DNA of 63,847 bases, counting the filler, from Deltaproteobacteria bacterium (GTDB lineage: Bacteria; JACQOV01), in the NCBI GenBank assembly GCA_016202395.1. It is 4 parts of 4 records of this genome, joined end to end, with 100 filler letters (N's around TTAATTAATTAA, not from the genome) between each part and the next. Parts side by side here need not be neighbours in the genome. Positions count along the whole stretch, not along the records: positions 57,384 to 63,847 come from JACQOV010000006.1; 3 more parts are not named here. The stretch is one strand, 5' to 3'. The translations under genes and the position numbers were made by a program. Shown in pieces: positions 62,099-63,847 of this stretch. The notes below the pieces were generated by a model, which was not told the origin of the DNA, did not search any database, and saw nothing but the letters and a program-made list of their open reading frames with translations. Positions within the stretch are counted from its first letter, which is position 1. Every line of letters starts with the position of its first letter.

Positions 62099-63115
62099 TT
62101 AAATTTGGATAGGAACCTGAGGATAAGAGTTCCGCTCAACCAGCTCCCAGGCCGATGTCCCCTCCGCATGAAGAGAAGTTTCCGGCAAAAACTGTCCCCC
62201 CTTTCGACGAAGAACGGTTAATCGGAAGTCTGCGATCTTGGTGTTGTTACAATAGAGGGGATCTCCATCGGGATCTCGATACTCAACTCCCACACAACGA
62301 TCGGACGTGGTGCGGAACTCCCCTTTCAAGCGAAGATCCTTTGAAACGATGGCGGTAAAATCCCAATGGCCCAGCGAAAAATCGGTGGGATGAGACCATC
62401 CCTTCCAAAGTCGATTCACCAGATACTCTCCCCCTCGATATCGAAAATAAAAGACACTCAAAGGGGGTGTAATCCACGATCCAATGGGGATCTGCGCGGA
62501 GAGCCCCCAAAAAACGGCGCTCGGATCTTCTTTGAAAGTATTGCAGTGCCCCCAAACCCAACGCTGCGCATGCTTCACCCCCCAGATGTGAGTCTGCTCC
62601 CCAGGTTCTCCTTCACACACAAAAGTTTGATCCTGCGTGCGAAATGTTCCATGAAAACGGATGTCGATGTTGGGTGTAAGAACCTTCGTTTTTGGAAGCG
62701 GGGCTTTGTAGAGCCAGGCGTAGGGGAGATAGCAGATCGTATCAGGATTGGGATCCCATTGGAGATCCCATTCAAAAAACTTTCCGTTCTCTTCGATTCG
62801 ACCTTTCGCGGAGCGATCGGTCAAGACAGCCGTGTCGATCCAAAACGAGAATGGATTTTTTTTGGAAATCCAATCTTGGATGACAGAAGTGGACTTGAGA
62901 GCCTGATTCTTGGAAGGATCTTTGGCGTCAAAAAAAATCCCCCAGAGAGAGACGGTCGGCTCACCGCCTCCTGCAACCGGCACATGAAGGGTGTAGCGGA
63001 GCCACACCGCAGTTCGAGTTTTTAGATGATTCCACTTGAGATAGTAAACTTCGTAGTGGCCACGCCGTTTTCTATCCCAGACCGTCTCATTCGTTGAAGA
63101 ATCGAGAGAGTTCAC
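62099..63115 (-). CDS. Tocopherol-cyclase/AttH-like beta-barrel protein
   Basis: YEVYY, W.RYT, G.Q.H.WG..H...W.W.H.N.F, Y.DPDG...YC.N. Confidence 0.6.
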   Translation of the reverse strand: MNSLDSSTNETVWDRKRRGHYEVYYLKWNHLKTRTAVWLRYTLHVPVAGGGEPTVSLWGIFFDAKDPSKNQALKSTSVIQDWISKKNPFSFWIDTAVLTDRSAKGRIEENGKFFEWDLQWDPNPDTICYLPYAWLYKAPLPKTKVLTPNIDIRFHGTFRTQDQTFVCEGEPGEQTHIWGVKHAQRWVWGHCNTFKEDPSAVFWGLSAQIPIGSWITPPLSVFYFRYRGGEYLVNRLWKGWSHPTDFSLGHWDFTAIVSKDLRLKGEFRTTSDRCVGVEYRDPDGDPLYCNNTKIADFRLTVLRRKGGQFLPETSLHAEGTSAWELVERNSYPQVPIQI

Positions 63116-63167
63116 CCCTCTATCCTTACCACAACAGACCTCCTTGTCAACGCTTAAGTTGACAAAA

Positions 63168-63320
63168 TTAGACGCGAGCTTTGGTGCGACGAGCCTGTTC
63201 CATTTCAGTCTTCTCTAAGATCGACTCTAAGAGCGCGCAAAACCAATTGCGCACTACCCGAGCCCTCAGAAATCGCGCTTTCTCTTCGAAGATCTTGATC
63301 TCTTTTGCAATATTTCGCAT
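63168..63320 (-). CDS. Small hypothetical protein (50 aa, absent from ORF track)
   Basis: MRNIAKEIKIFEEKARFLRARVVRNWFCALLESILEKTEMEQARRTKARV; purine-rich leader (GAGGAG...GGGA). Confidence 0.5.
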   Translation of the reverse strand: MRNIAKEIKIFEEKARFLRARVVRNWFCALLESILEKTEMEQARRTKARV

Positions 63321-63406
63321 TTTGCTTCCCTTTTTTCCTTTCCTCTCCTCGTTTGATTACTCAAAACTACGTATTTAAATATTTCAATTGATGATCCCAA
63401 ATTTTT

Positions 63407-63697
63407 TTACGGCTTCTTAAATTTAGAGATCAGCCCCCCCATAAAATCCTTGATACAATCCTCTAATGACGGAAAATCGGCCGAGTACCAAACCTCTTTC
63501 CCCCTCTTAATCGCCCGAACCAACTGGGCATTCTTCAAAATTTTAAGATGATGAGAGATCGTGGGCTGAGACATCGGTTGAAACGCTTTCACGATCTGGC
63601 TCACATTCACTTCCCTCTCCGTCAGAAACTCCAGAAGCCTCTGCCGTGTCTCATCGGCTAGCGCCTTAAATAGGGCCACGGATCTCTCAAAAATCAT
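63407..63697 (-). CDS. ArsR/SmtB-family transcriptional regulator
   Basis: FKALADETR, V..I......SQPTISHHLK.L..A.LV...KRG..V.Y. Confidence 0.93.
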   Translation of the reverse strand: MIFERSVALFKALADETRQRLLEFLTEREVNVSQIVKAFQPMSQPTISHHLKILKNAQLVRAIKRGKEVWYSADFPSLEDCIKDFMGGLISKFKKP

Positions 63698-63711
63698 CCC
63701 TTCTCCTCGGC

Positions 63712-63834
63712 AGGCTGTTGAAAAAGTCCATCTGCTTCGTTGGCCTCCCTCGGCACTCGTTGCGGCGTACTAACCAAGTACGCCTCACTCGGCCTCGGTC
63801 GGCCGCCTCGCATCTGGAGCTTTTTGAACAGCCT
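63712..63834. repeat. MITE-like palindromic element
   Basis: Terminal IR AGGCTGTTGAAAAAG/CTTTTTGAACAGCCT; central GGCGTACT-AACCA-AGTACGCC hairpin. Confidence 0.8.
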
Positions 63835-63847
63835 ATCAAAACAAAGC

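Overview
This 63.8-kb window is four bacterial contigs joined by 100-nt N spacers containing the artificial linker TTAATTAATTAA (29235-29334, 51654-51753, 57284-57383), so adjacency across the gaps is not guaranteed. Gene content suggests a deltaproteobacteria-like diderm (inference). Contig 1 holds the chromosomal origin region: yidC-yidD-rnpA-rpmH / dnaA-dnaN-gyrB, with DnaA boxes, a Bacillus-type DnaA-trio unwinding element and an HNH-type intein in gyrB. It also has tandem FadL-like porins with beta-propeller lipoproteins, pdhABC, an orphan TRAP solute-binding protein, a yoeB toxin pseudogene, a cobalamin-riboswitch-controlled Btu-like uptake operon, and a four-gene operon: NTT-type nucleotide translocase-HEAT fusion, cNMP-binding protein, Omp85 barrel and an exported atypical-kinase-like protein. 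Contig 2 has a ~16-kb Mu-like capsid plus contractile-tail cluster that appears intact. It lacks portal, terminase, integrase/transposase, replication and endolysin genes, and is followed by an AT-rich B12-radical-SAM/MMPL locus. Contig 3 has rsmD-coaD-aspC, a candidate sigma54-dependent small RNA, and queD-queC-DUF366-queE. Contig 4 has Zn-phospholipase C, UDG, nfeD-stomatin, two bactofilins, a tocopherol-cyclase-like gene and an ArsR regulator. Several families of palindromic miniature repeats are scattered throughout. The best candidates for undescribed systems are the NTT/Omp85/exported-kinase operon, the packaging-less phage particle cluster and the sigma54 sRNA. All calls come from motif recognition by eye; no database searches were run.
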